Shown here piece after piece: positions 33,787-43,094 of a DNA stretch of 45,496 bases (its first letter is position 1; every line of letters starts with the position of its first letter). The notes beneath the pieces are model-generated. The model made no database searches, was not told where the DNA came from, and saw only the letters and a list, made by a program, of their open reading frames with translations. The translations under genes were made by a program, and so were the position numbers. The stretch is from Acidobacteriota bacterium (GTDB lineage Bacteria; Acidobacteriota; Thermoanaerobaculia; UBA5066; Gp7-AA6): contig JBDUBI010000136.1 in NCBI GenBank assembly GCA_040004225.1, positions 1 through 45,496 on the forward strand. The letters are read 5' to 3'.

Positions 33787-34905
33787 CCTCTCGCGACGAC
33801 CTCATTTCCTCGCTGACGAACGCCTCGGAGCGGCTGCTGTCGCTTCGGGGCTATCTTTGATCTCGACGCCGCGCGGAGCGCGCTCGAAAGTCTGAGAGAA
33901 AAGCAGGGCGCAGCCGATTTCTGGAGCCGCCCGGAAGAGGCCCAGAACGTTCTGCGGCAGGCGAGCTCCCATGAGCGCCGCATTGGCACGGCGACCCGGC
34001 TCGATGAGCTCCGGGACGAGCTCCAGACCTTAGCCGAGCTGCTGCGCGAGGGTGAGGACGCCGACGCCGATGCGCGCGATGTCCTCAAAAAAGCCGAGAC
34101 GTTCGGCGACGACCTCGAGCTCTCCGTCAAGATGGGGAATCCGGAGGACGAATCAAACTCGTGGCTCATGATCCACGCGGGCGCGGGAGGTACGGAGTCC
34201 CAGGACTGGGCGGAGATGCTGCTCCGGATGTACATGCGTTTCGCGGAGTCCCGCGGCTGGAAGGCGGAGCTGATCGACCGCCAGGACGGCGAAGAAGCGG
34301 GTCTCAAGAGCGCGACGCTCCACGTCGTCGGCGACCACGCGTACGGGTACCTGAAGGGCGAGATGGGGGTGCACCGGCTGGTTCGCATCTCGCCCTACGA
34401 TTCCGCGCAGCGCCGGCACACCTCCTTCGCGTCGATTTACGTCTCCCCGGAAATCGATGAGCACATCGAAATCGAGATTCTGGACAAAGACCTGCGGGTG
34501 GACACCTACAGGTCGAGCGGCGCCGGGGGCCAGCACGTCAACGTGACCGATTCGGCGGTGCGGATCACACACCTGCCGACGGGGATCGTGGTGACGTGCC
34601 AGAACGAGCGCAGCCAGGGCCGCAACCGGGACACCGCCATGAATGTTTTGCGCGCGCGGCTGTATCAGAAGGCGCTCGACGAGCGCCGTTCCGACGAGGA
34701 AAAGAAGGTGGGTGAGAAGAAGGCAATCGAGTGGGGGAGCCAGATTCGCTCGTACGTCCTTCATCCCTACCGGATGGTCAAGGACCACCGCACGGGTCAT
34801 GAGACGGGCGATACGGACAAGGTGCTCGACGGCGGCATCACGCCCTTCATAGACGCGTACTTGAAGTCCGCGGCGGAAGGATCTCGAGCTTCGACCGGCC
34901 CGTGA
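33783..34905 (+). CDS. prfB: Peptide chain release factor 2, requires programmed +1 frameshift: join(33783..33857,33859..34905)
   Basis: ORF0 MTSRDDLISSLTNASERLLSLRGYL ends at CTT TGA (33855-33860), preceded by GGGGC-TAT as in E. coli. The +1 frame continues DLDAARSALESL... into the listed ORF, which carries SPYDSAQRRHTSFA and the GGQ motif (SGAGGQHVN). Confidence 0.92.
33847..33861 (+). promoter_or_regulatory. prfB: prfB +1 frameshift site (internal SD-like GGGG, slippery CTT, in-frame TGA)
   Basis: The sequence GGGGCTATCTTTGAT has the same spacing as the E. coli AGGGGGTATCTTTGAC autoregulatory site. Confidence 0.85.
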
Positions 34906-35504
34906 GCGGAGAGGGATCGTCGCCGCTGTCCGCGCGCGCTCCGCTCTCCGGCTGGATGGCCGAGCTGCGGGAGCGCCTCGCCCTCTGGAACCGCCGCGCG
35001 AAGGCGCCGGAGGAAGGAAACCGGCGTGCGGCGGTCTTAGTGCCGCTCTTCGTGCGGGACGGCGGCCTGTGGACGATCTTCACGCTGAGGACGGAGTCGG
35101 TCGAACACCACCGCGGTCAGATCTCTTTTCCCGGCGGAGCGGAAGAGTCCGGAGACGCGACGCTCTTCCACACGGCGCTGCGGGAGACCGAAGAGGAGCT
35201 TGGCATCCGGCCGGAGGATGCCGTGCCGCTCGGGCGCCTCTCGCCGATCGTCACGGTCACGAACTTCTACGTGGAGCCCTTCGTGGCGGCGATCCCGCAG
35301 CCCTACGCCTTCGAACCCCAGGAGACAGAAATTGCGGAGGTGGTCGAGGTCCCGCTGGCAGCTCTGCTCGCTCCCGGCGTCTTCGAAGAGCGGACGTTTC
35401 CCGCCCGCGAGGAGCCCATCCTCTATTACCACCACGACGGACACGTGATCTGGGGCGCCACCGCGAGAATCCTGCGCGAGCTGCTCGACGCTCTGGCGGG
35501 CTGA
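34902..35504 (+). CDS. NUDIX hydrolase, CoA pyrophosphatase type
   Basis: LRTESVEHHRGQISFPGG precedes the Nudix box GGAEESGDATLFHTALRETEEELGI. GTGA overlap with prfB. Confidence 0.8.
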   Translation: MSGEGSSPLSARAPLSGWMAELRERLALWNRRAKAPEEGNRRAAVLVPLFVRDGGLWTIFTLRTESVEHHRGQISFPGGAEESGDATLFHTALRETEEELGIRPEDAVPLGRLSPIVTVTNFYVEPFVAAIPQPYAFEPQETEIAEVVEVPLAALLAPGVFEERTFPAREEPILYYHHDGHVIWGATARILRELLDALAG

Positions 35505-35555
35505 CGCGGCGTTTGCCGCCGGGTCCTCGGAGTGGAAGCGAACCGCTGAAGCCCG

Positions 35556-36455
35556 TCAGTGCCCCTGGTAGCTTTTCTCGCCCGCCTCGACGCGGACAGG
35601 GAGGCGATTCTGTGACGGCGGCAGCGGACAGGTCGCGTACGGCGTGAACACGCACGGCGGGTTGTAGGCCTTGTTGAAATCGACCACAGCGGACGAACCC
35701 GGTGAGGGCGGCGTCACGTAAAGGAACCGGCCCCCCCCGTAAGTCTGCGTCCCGTTGGTCCGGTCTCCGAAAATGACGAACCAGTCCTCGGTGCCCTCCT
35801 CCGTCACGACGTCGAGGCGGCAGGTGCTGCCTCGCACCTCGAACACCAGCGCGCCCGGCGATTTCTCCCGAGCGGTCGAGCCGAGAACGTTCGGCACCAG
35901 GATCTCCTTCGCGGGCTGGTAGGACTCGAACCGCGCCTCGATCCGCCAGCGCGTCTCGACCGGAAAAGACTCGATTCCGCGGAAGCTCTTCAGAGCCGTG
36001 CTTTCGGCGTCCTTGACGCGCACTCCGATGCGGCCATTGCGTTCGATGAGGTGGAAGCGCAGCGGACCGCGCCGGATGAGGGTGGGCTCGCCCGAGGCAT
36101 CGGTCGAGAGCGCGGACCCGGTGACCGGCTTCCCTCCGATCTCGACTGTTTCGCCCGGAGCCGTCGCAAGGCGTGCCCCCGCGGCATCGAGACTGATCGT
36201 CGCGAGGCGCGCGGGAGCCTTGCCCGCGGGGAGAACGACGCGCGATTTCGGGTCGCTCCCCACGGTGTTGTCGCCAGATTCGAGCCAGAACAGGCCCACC
36301 AGAGTCAGCCATCCGTCCTCGCGACGCAGGCTTTGCAGGCGCCGCTCGCGCCACGCTTCGAGGTCGCGCCGGTGCGCGGCCGGGTCCAAAGAGGATGGCC
36401 CGGCGCCGACGACCATCAGCGGGAGGAGGAAGGCGAGCAGAGCTCTCGAGCGCAC
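35556..36455 (-). CDS. DUF1684 domain protein, secreted
   Basis: FGDRTNGTQTYGGGRFLY...VDFNKAYNPPCVFTPYATCPLPPSQNRLPVRVEAGEKSY is the characteristic DUF1684 C-terminal signature. Signal peptide present. GTG 36455 is preceded by TAGACT plus 6 nt. Confidence 0.85.
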   Translation of the reverse strand: MRSRALLAFLLPLMVVGAGPSSLDPAAHRRDLEAWRERRLQSLRREDGWLTLVGLFWLESGDNTVGSDPKSRVVLPAGKAPARLATISLDAAGARLATAPGETVEIGGKPVTGSALSTDASGEPTLIRRGPLRFHLIERNGRIGVRVKDAESTALKSFRGIESFPVETRWRIEARFESYQPAKEILVPNVLGSTAREKSPGALVFEVRGSTCRLDVVTEEGTEDWFVIFGDRTNGTQTYGGGRFLYVTPPSPGSSAVVDFNKAYNPPCVFTPYATCPLPPSQNRLPVRVEAGEKSYQGH

Positions 36456-36461
36456 CCGTTC

Positions 36462-36467
36462 AGTCTA
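36462..36467 (-). promoter_or_regulatory. -10-like TAGACT, 6 nt upstream of GTG 36455 (DUF1684 gene, leaderless candidate)
   Basis: The minus strand reads TAGACT-GAACGG-GTG. Confidence 0.35.
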
Positions 36468-36537
36468 CGACCAGTGCCGTGTCGAGAGAAGGTTGCCGGC
36501 CGGCTCCAGTTTCAAAACCGCGAAAGAAGACCCGCCA

Positions 36538-38208
36538 TCAGCTTCCCGCGCGCTCCAGCGCCGACAGCTGCTCCGCCCGGGCGAGGTTCGTCTTTGCGGG
36601 AGCAAACGCCGCATCCTGAGCGAGGGACTTCCGGAAGGCTTCGACCGCGCCGGAGAAGGAGCGTTTCCGCGTCCGCACCACGCCGAGGTTGTTCCAGAGC
36701 GTCGCCGATTTCGAATTCGTATCGAGCGCCCGGACGAGCGCGGCCTCGGCCTCGTCGAGCCTGCCTGCGTCCGCCAGGCTTCCGCCGAGCCCCGCCGCCG
36801 CTTCCTCGTTGCCGGGTTCGAGGTCGAGCGCCGAGCGAAACGCGGTCGCGGCGTCTTCGGGTTTCTTCAGGGCCAGCCGGGTGTGGCCGAGCGCCGTCCA
36901 GACCGACGTCTCGTTCGGCGCGAGTCGCGAGGCTTCGGCCAGCTCGCGTTCGGCCTCGCGCAACTTTCCGCGCCGGCGAAAGGCCCTGCCGAGGTTTTCG
37001 TGCCCCGCCGACCGCCCGGGCGCCAGCCGAACGGCCTCCATCAACTCTTCCGTCGCGCGTTCGGCCTGATCGGAACGGAAGAGAAAGACCCCGAAGTCGT
37101 TGTGCGCGTCGGCGGAGGCCGGATCGATCTCGATAGCGCGTCCGTAGGCGATCCTGGCGGCGGTCCTGTCTTTCAGCTCCTCCATCGAGCGTCCGAGCCC
37201 GAGAGCCGCCCCCACGTTCTTGCCGGAGAGCTCGAGGGCCCGCCGGTAATGGCTCGCGGCCGTGCTCCACTTCGTCTGCCGCTCCGCCAGCCGGCCGAGC
37301 GCGTACTCCGCGCGCGAGTTGCCGGAGTCCAGCACGAGCGCCGCCGTCGCTTCCCGTTCCGCGTCGCCCTCCTGCCCGAGAGCCAGGGCCGAGTCCGCGA
37401 GGATGCGGTGGGATTCGGAGCTTTTCGGGTCGAGCTCCAGGGCGCGCGCCGCCGCCGCCTGAGCGGCGCGGAAGTCGCCGTTCTTGAATGCCGCTTCGGC
37501 GGTCTCGAGAAGCGGACCGGCTGCGGATGCGCCGCTCGGACCCGCTGCTCCCGCCGCGGGAGCCGAGACGGCCGGGCCGGAGGGAGAAATCGGCCCGCTC
37601 GTCACCAGGTTGCGTTCCAGATCTGACGCGCGTTTGCGCGACGCGTCCGCTTCCGCGGATCGACCGAGGCGGTCGTAGGCGTCTCCGAGCAGACGGTGAA
37701 TCTGCGGATCCGCCGAGCTCTCCGCTCTTTTCAGGTCGTAGAGAGCTTCCTCCGCCTTGCCGTCGGCCAGCTTTTCCCGGGCGGTGCGCTTTAATTCCGC
37801 CAGATCCGCCGCGGGCGCCGTCGCCCCCGCGATTTCCGTCCGAACCGCTCGGGCGAGGCGCACGAAATCCGGGCTGTAGAAGTCGGCCACGACATCGAGG
37901 GTGGGGCGCGCGGTGAACGCCACTTTCAGGCTCTCCCGGGCCGCGCGGGAATTGCCGGCGATGAAGTAGGCCCAGCCGCTCTGGAACGCGAGCTCGGCCC
38001 GGCGGTCGGCCACCGAAGCGGCGTCCGCGGCGCGGGCATATTTCTCGCCGGCTTCCTGGAAGCGACCCGCGTCGAAAGCGCGCTTGGCCTCGGCCTCCGA
38101 TCCCGCGTCGGGGGTGGCCGCCAGCTGAGCCGGCGAGAGGCTTCCCGCGAGTGCGAGGGAGAGAGCGAGCAGCGCGACGCGGAGGCGCGTCACCGTGACG
38201 CGCGTCAC
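36538..38208 (-). CDS. Tetratricopeptide-repeat protein, secreted/periplasmic
   Basis: More than 10 TPR-like A/L/Y/G-patterned 34-residue repeats. Signal-like LRVALLALSLALAG. GTG 38208 overlaps the kinase stop (GTGA). Confidence 0.75.
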   Translation of the reverse strand: MTRVTVTRLRVALLALSLALAGSLSPAQLAATPDAGSEAEAKRAFDAGRFQEAGEKYARAADAASVADRRAELAFQSGWAYFIAGNSRAARESLKVAFTARPTLDVVADFYSPDFVRLARAVRTEIAGATAPAADLAELKRTAREKLADGKAEEALYDLKRAESSADPQIHRLLGDAYDRLGRSAEADASRKRASDLERNLVTSGPISPSGPAVSAPAAGAAGPSGASAAGPLLETAEAAFKNGDFRAAQAAAARALELDPKSSESHRILADSALALGQEGDAEREATAALVLDSGNSRAEYALGRLAERQTKWSTAASHYRRALELSGKNVGAALGLGRSMEELKDRTAARIAYGRAIEIDPASADAHNDFGVFLFRSDQAERATEELMEAVRLAPGRSAGHENLGRAFRRRGKLREAERELAEASRLAPNETSVWTALGHTRLALKKPEDAATAFRSALDLEPGNEEAAAGLGGSLADAGRLDEAEAALVRALDTNSKSATLWNNLGVVRTRKRSFSGAVEAFRKSLAQDAAFAPAKTNLARAEQLSALERAGS

Positions 38209-40064
38209 TGGGCGTGTTCGGTCGGGGCGGGGGGAGACCATGTCTTCTTCTCTCCTTCAGGGATAGCAACCTCTGCCGTGTGGGGATTCCACCCGGCGCG
38301 GGACAACGTGATCTTGTGCGTTCCGGACGGGAGGGAGACCGTGAGCGCGCCCGACAGCACGCCGTGGAACTTCGAGTCGATGAGAACGGTCGCGCCCGAC
38401 CAGGCGGGCGCCTCGATGACGAGCGCACCGATCGGGAAGCGGTACGCGATCGGGGCCGCTCCCGAAGACCCGACCTGAAAGTCTTTCTGGTACCGGGGAA
38501 GGCCGGCTCCCTCGAAGCGCACCTGGTGGGCGCCCTGAGTCAGCTCCACGGTTCGCGCGGGGATCGAAGGCCCGACCTTCCTTCCGTCGACGTACAGGGT
38601 GGCGGAGGGGATCGAGCTGAACTGGACCGGAAAGCGGCGGGCCGGCCGTGCCGGCTCGGGGGCCGGCACCGCGGCGGGTTCGGCCGGTTTCGCGGCCGCC
38701 GGAATCGGAACGGCCGTCGGGGCGGCGGGGACAGCGTCCCGTCCGAGCTGAGGGCTGGGGAAGGCGATCGGAGCGGTTAAGACCGGCTCCGCGGCGGGAC
38801 GCGGCCCGGAGGAACGGCCCGAAATCGCGGGCGCGCTCGCGGCCCGCGCGGTGCCAGCGTGGGACGAAAGCTTCCAGGCGGCAAACAGGACTCCGAGCAC
38901 CGCGACCGCGGCGGTGCCCGCCCAGAGCACCCAGCCGGGGCCGCGGCCGCGCGCGCCGCCCGAGCCCGTGCGTCCCGCCGTGGTGCGGTCGGCCGGCTCC
39001 TGAAAGTGGACGAGCTCGAGGTTCGCGGGCGGAAGCGGGATGGCGACCTGAGTCGGGGTGTGGTCATACGTTTCCGCCCGGACTCGCGCCAGCGCCCCGG
39101 ACGGCGGCGTGACGCCGATGGGGGGTCGTGGACCCACCGTCGTTCCGCGCGAGGGCGTGCGGGGCGCGGGATTGGCCTCGGCCGCGCTCACGCCGCGAGT
39201 GGGAGTCAGCGGCGAGCCGGAATTCGGGTTGGTCAGGAATTGAGAAGAATCGCCCACGAGCTCGCGGTACACCGTTTGAAGATCCTGACGAAACGCCTCC
39301 ATGGAGGCATATCGGCTGTCGGCGCTCTTTTCCATGGCGCGGGAAACGACCTCCGCGAGCGAAGCGGGGACGGCGGGCGCAAGGGACGTGATGGGCTCGG
39401 GCGTGTCGTTTAAGATCTTGTAAAGGACGGTGGAGAGGTGCTCGCCGCGGAACGGCTTGCGCTGGGTGAGCAGCTCGTACGCGAGGATCCCGAGCGAGAA
39501 GAGGTCGGTTCGTCCATCGAGCCCCTCCCCCCGGATCTGCTCCGGTGCGAGATAGGCGGACGTGCCGAGCGTGATCCCCGTCTGAGTCAGGCTCGATTCG
39601 GAGAGCAGGGACTTGGCGATTCCGAAGTCCATGATCTTGACGGAGCCGTCGTCGAGGATTCGGATGTTCGACGGCTTGATGTCGCGGTGGATGATCGACT
39701 GGCGGTGCGCGTAACCGAGTCCGTCCGCGATCGACATCAGGATTTCGATCTTCCGGGGGACCGAAAGCTGCTCGCCGCGCTTGACGATTTTGTCCAGGTC
39801 CTCGCCCGTCAGGAACTCCTGGACGATGTACGGGACCCCCTCCTCAACGCCGAAATCGTAGATCGTGGTGATGTTGCGATGGTGCAGGTTGCCGGCGAGC
39901 TCCGCCTCCCGGAAGAACCGGCTTCGGATCTCTTCGTCGTTCAGCTGGCAGGTCTTCACCGCGACCGTGCGCTTGATGAAGGGATCGCGGCCGCGATAGA
40001 CGGCCCCGAAGCCGCCGACTCCGATCTGTTCGGAGATTTCGTATTTCCCGATTTTTTTGGTCAT
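38205..40064 (-). CDS. Hanks-type Ser/Thr protein kinase with TM helix and C-terminal PEGA-like domains
   Basis: GVGGFGAVY, AVK, HRDIKPSNI, DFGIA and APE motifs. TM helix WVLWAGTAAVAVLGVLFAAW. C-terminal beta-rich repeats ending IPEGEKK (PEGA-like). ATG 40064 (TTG 40067 in the ORF track). Confidence 0.88.
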   Translation of the reverse strand: MTKKIGKYEISEQIGVGGFGAVYRGRDPFIKRTVAVKTCQLNDEEIRSRFFREAELAGNLHHRNITTIYDFGVEEGVPYIVQEFLTGEDLDKIVKRGEQLSVPRKIEILMSIADGLGYAHRQSIIHRDIKPSNIRILDDGSVKIMDFGIAKSLLSESSLTQTGITLGTSAYLAPEQIRGEGLDGRTDLFSLGILAYELLTQRKPFRGEHLSTVLYKILNDTPEPITSLAPAVPASLAEVVSRAMEKSADSRYASMEAFRQDLQTVYRELVGDSSQFLTNPNSGSPLTPTRGVSAAEANPAPRTPSRGTTVGPRPPIGVTPPSGALARVRAETYDHTPTQVAIPLPPANLELVHFQEPADRTTAGRTGSGGARGRGPGWVLWAGTAAVAVLGVLFAAWKLSSHAGTARAASAPAISGRSSGPRPAAEPVLTAPIAFPSPQLGRDAVPAAPTAVPIPAAAKPAEPAAVPAPEPARPARRFPVQFSSIPSATLYVDGRKVGPSIPARTVELTQGAHQVRFEGAGLPRYQKDFQVGSSGAAPIAYRFPIGALVIEAPAWSGATVLIDSKFHGVLSGALTVSLPSGTHKITLSRAGWNPHTAEVAIPEGEKKTWSPPAPTEHAQ

Positions 40065-40139
40065 CAAATTTGCTACAGGTCGTAACAGTTTAAACGAAGC
40101 GAAACGCCTCGGGGCGCGCGCTTCTCGTGCTCCCGCCGC

Positions 40140-40145
40140 GATAAT
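40140..40145 (+). promoter_or_regulatory. -10-like GATAAT, 8 nt upstream of ATG 40154 (lipoprotein gene)
   Basis: GATAAT-CTGGCGGC-ATG. Confidence 0.3.
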
Positions 40146-40153
40146 CTGGCGGC

Positions 40154-40693
40154 ATGCGAAGGATCACGCTCACCCTCCTCTTCGGGGCCGCCGGCGCCGC
40201 GGCGGCGTGCGGGAGAGGCGCCCCGGCCGATCGGCTGGCGCGCGCCGCGGCGGCGTCCACCGCGCGGCTCGCCCAGACCGCCGTGTTCCGCCCGCCAGCG
40301 GACGGGATGCTGACCGAGGCCCAGGTCGACCGCTATGTGAAGGTCCGGCGCGCGGCCAAGGGGCGCACGGACGCCGAGGCCTCTCGCGCCGTCGGGGTCG
40401 ACCCCGAAGAGTTTGCCTGGGTGCGGTCCCGGATCATCGAGGGCCTGCTCGAAGCCGACCGGCGTCGCGTCCGCTCGGCCTCGGACGAGGTGTATGGACG
40501 GACGATCGCTTCGCTCCGGGAGACGCGGCGCGCCGTTCGGGAGGCTTCGATCGCCCGTTCGGTCGACGAGCAGATCGCCGGGCTCGAGCGCGAGCGGGCG
40601 ACCCTCCGTCGCGCGGAGCCGGTGTCGCCCGCCCTGGCCGCGAACGCGCGCCGGGTCGCGGCCCGAAGGGGCGAAATCGACGGCCCTCCATGA
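40154..40693 (+). CDS. Hypothetical lipoprotein
   Basis: MRRITLTLLFGAAGAAAAC lipobox-like signal. Helical, Arg/Ala-rich body. GATAAT box 8 nt upstream of the ATG. Confidence 0.5.
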   Translation: MRRITLTLLFGAAGAAAACGRGAPADRLARAAAASTARLAQTAVFRPPADGMLTEAQVDRYVKVRRAAKGRTDAEASRAVGVDPEEFAWVRSRIIEGLLEADRRRVRSASDEVYGRTIASLRETRRAVREASIARSVDEQIAGLERERATLRRAEPVSPALAANARRVAARRGEIDGPP

Positions 40694-41745
40694 CGCTGAC
40701 GACGATCCTGGAAGAGGAGATCGAGGCGGGCTCTTTTCCGGGCGGCGCGGCGCTCGTGGGCGATGCCGGGTCGATCTTCGCGCGAGCCCACGCCGGGCGC
40801 GCCACGGTGCTCCCCGGCGACACCTCTCTCGAACCCGGGATGCTCTTCGACCTCGCCAGCCTGACCAAGGCGCTCGCGGCCGGCGGATTGACCTGGGCGG
40901 CGCGGGAAGAGGGACTCGATCTTCGTTCGCCGCCCGGCCGGTTTCTCCCGGGCTGGAAGAAGACCCGATACGAGGGGATCACGCTCGAGATGCTCCTGAC
41001 GCACACGTCCGGACTTCCCGCGTGGTTTCCGCTGTATGCGCGCGGAGAGGGGGCGGCCGCTTACCGGCGCAGTCTCGGAGAAATCGAGCCCGAAGCGATT
41101 CCCGGCGCCGCCGTCGTGTACAGCGACATCGGCATCCTGGTGATGGGGGACATCCTGGAGGCTTTCTTCGCGACGCCGATCGACCGGGCGTTCTCGGACC
41201 TGATCGCGGGCCCGGCGGGCTCCGGGGCGCGTTATCTCCCGCCGGACCCTCTCCTCTGCGCCGCCACCGAGGCGGGCGACCAGACGGAGCGGGACATGAC
41301 GGCCGCCCTGGGTCTCTCATATCCGCACTTCCGCACCGGCATCGTCCGAGGCGAAGTGCACGACGGCAACGCGCACCGGCGGGGAGGTGTGTCCGCCCAC
41401 GCGGGTCTCTTCGGCACGTCCGAAGACGTCTGGAGGCTGGCCCGCCCCTGGCTCGACCCCGGAAGACGGGAGTTCACACGCGACCGGACCCCCGGCCTTT
41501 CCGAAGCGCGGGGGCTCGCGTGGCAGGGCGTCCGCGGCGCCAGATCGATTCCCGAGGCCGGATTCTCCTCCGACGCCTTTGGCCACACCGGTTTTACCGG
41601 GACGTCGATCTGGATCGACCCCGGGCGAGAGCAGATCGTCATTTTGCTGACAAATCGGGTCCATCCAGAGGTCCACGGGGATTTCAACGAGGTCCGAAGA
41701 CGTTTTCACGGAAAGGTGCTGGAAGGGGAGTTCGGACGAGGTTAG
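40690..41745 (+). CDS. Serine hydrolase, beta-lactamase/PBP4*-fold family
   Basis: FDLASLTK (SxxK), VVYSDIG (YxN-like) and HTGFTGTS (H/KTG) motifs. ATGA overlap with the upstream gene. Confidence 0.8.
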   Translation: MTLTTILEEEIEAGSFPGGAALVGDAGSIFARAHAGRATVLPGDTSLEPGMLFDLASLTKALAAGGLTWAAREEGLDLRSPPGRFLPGWKKTRYEGITLEMLLTHTSGLPAWFPLYARGEGAAAYRRSLGEIEPEAIPGAAVVYSDIGILVMGDILEAFFATPIDRAFSDLIAGPAGSGARYLPPDPLLCAATEAGDQTERDMTAALGLSYPHFRTGIVRGEVHDGNAHRRGGVSAHAGLFGTSEDVWRLARPWLDPGRREFTRDRTPGLSEARGLAWQGVRGARSIPEAGFSSDAFGHTGFTGTSIWIDPGREQIVILLTNRVHPEVHGDFNEVRRRFHGKVLEGEFGRG

Positions 41746-41807
41746 ATTCCACGGGGCGGCGGCCGGCCCGCGAGGCGCCTCCGTCACGACCTCTCCCGCC
41801 GGCGCTC

Positions 41808-41816
41808 TGTTAGATT
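41808..41816 (+). promoter_or_regulatory. Extended -10-like box TGTTAGATT upstream of the thiolase gene
   Basis: 18 nt before ATG 41835. Confidence 0.3.
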
Positions 41817-41834
41817 TCGATCGGGGGATTTTTG

Positions 41835-43016
41835 ATGCAGGACATCGTGATTCTCGACGGCGCGCGCACTCCCATGCTGGAGTACAACGGCGCCTTTTCG
41901 GACGTCTCGGCGATCGATCTCGGGGCGCACGCCGCGCGCGAGGCATTGGCCCGCACGGGGACCGATCCCGGGCAGATCGACCACGTCATCTTCGGGAACG
42001 CTCTTCAGACTTCGGGCGACGCGATCTACGGAGCCCGCCACGTCGGGCTGAAGGCGGGGGTCCCGAAGGAAGTGCCGGCCCTGACGGTCAACCGTCTGTG
42101 CGGGTCGGGGTTCGAGTCGATCGTTCAGGCGGCGCACCGCATTCTCCTCGGAGAGGCGAAGACGGTTCTCGCGGGCGGGATGGAGAACATGTCCGCCGCG
42201 CCGCACGTCATCCGGGGCGCGCGGAAGGGGCTTCGCCTGGGGCAGGGGGCCCTCGAGGACTCGCTCATGGTCGCTCTGCTCGACTCGTACTGCGGCCTCT
42301 ACATGGCGCAGACGTCGGACCGCGTGGCCGCGAAGTACGGGATCACGCGGGAAGAGCAGGACGAGTACGCCTTTTCTTCGCAGCAGAGGGCCGCGGCGGC
42401 GCAGAGCGCCTGCCGGCTCTCGGAGGAAATCGCGCCGATCGACGTGAAGGCAGGTCGGAAGACCGTCCGAATCGAAAAAGACGATCACCTGCGGCCCGAC
42501 ACGACCCTGGAAGGTCTCGCCGCTCTGGCCGCTTCCTTCGGCGAGGGTGGCCAGGTAACGGCCGGAAACGCCTCCGGGATCGTGGACGGGGCGGCGGCGG
42601 TCGTGGTCACCTCGGCGGAGGAAGCCCGCGCCCGCGGGAAGAAGCCGCTCGGCCGGCTGATCGGATGGGCTGTCACGGGAGTGGAACCGGAGCTGATGGG
42701 CCTGGGGCCCGCGCCCGCCGCTCGCGCCGCTCTCGAAAAAGCCGGTCTCCGCCAGGGCCAGATCGACCTCTGGGAGATCAACGAGGCTTTTGCGGGTCAG
42801 ATCCTCGGTGTCGTCCGCGAGCTCGGGCTCGATCGCGAGAAGTTGAACGTCAACGGCGGGGCGATCGCGCTCGGGCATCCGCTCGCCGCGACAGGAACCC
42901 GCTGCACGTTGACGCTCCTGAAGGAAATGCGGCGCCGCGGCGTCCGCTACGGGCTGGCTGGCGCGTGCATCGGGGGGGGACAGGGAATCGCGGTGGTGCT
43001 CGAAGCGGGATCGTGA
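41835..43016 (+). CDS. Acetyl-CoA C-acetyltransferase (thiolase II)
   Basis: VNRLCGSG (active-site Cys), NGGAIALGHPLAATG and CIGGGQGIA C-terminal motifs. Confidence 0.9.
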   Translation: MQDIVILDGARTPMLEYNGAFSDVSAIDLGAHAAREALARTGTDPGQIDHVIFGNALQTSGDAIYGARHVGLKAGVPKEVPALTVNRLCGSGFESIVQAAHRILLGEAKTVLAGGMENMSAAPHVIRGARKGLRLGQGALEDSLMVALLDSYCGLYMAQTSDRVAAKYGITREEQDEYAFSSQQRAAAAQSACRLSEEIAPIDVKAGRKTVRIEKDDHLRPDTTLEGLAALAASFGEGGQVTAGNASGIVDGAAAVVVTSAEEARARGKKPLGRLIGWAVTGVEPELMGLGPAPAARAALEKAGLRQGQIDLWEINEAFAGQILGVVRELGLDREKLNVNGGAIALGHPLAATGTRCTLTLLKEMRRRGVRYGLAGACIGGGQGIAVVLEAGS

Positions 43017-43094
43017 GGAGCGGCGCTGGACTGGACGGAACGGATCCTCGGGTTCCCGGTCCGCACCGCGGCCGTCGCCTCTTTTCTGGAGGAC

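Noticed and set aside
35257-38428. Several long overlapping ORFs (35257..36354 minus, 35998..37626 plus, 36051..37136 plus, 36512..38428 minus) across the DUF1684 and TPR genes.
   Set aside because: All are Arg/Gly/Pro/Ser-rich with no motifs. The DUF1684 and TPR frames carry the diagnostic sequences.
40068-40085. TTTGCTACAGG next to the kinase start, considered as another member of the TGCTAnnnT promoter family.
   Set aside because: The hexamer TACAGG lacks the conserved final T. Its distance to either flanking start codon does not fit the pattern seen elsewhere, so it is not called.
43014-43016. I considered whether the thiolase TGA is a selenocysteine codon.
   Set aside because: The thiolase ends at its normal C-terminus (CIGGGQGIAVVLE...). 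I see no obvious SECIS-like stem-loop immediately downstream, and nothing in the window suggests Sec machinery. Readthrough or an independent start remain open possibilities and are reported as a finding.
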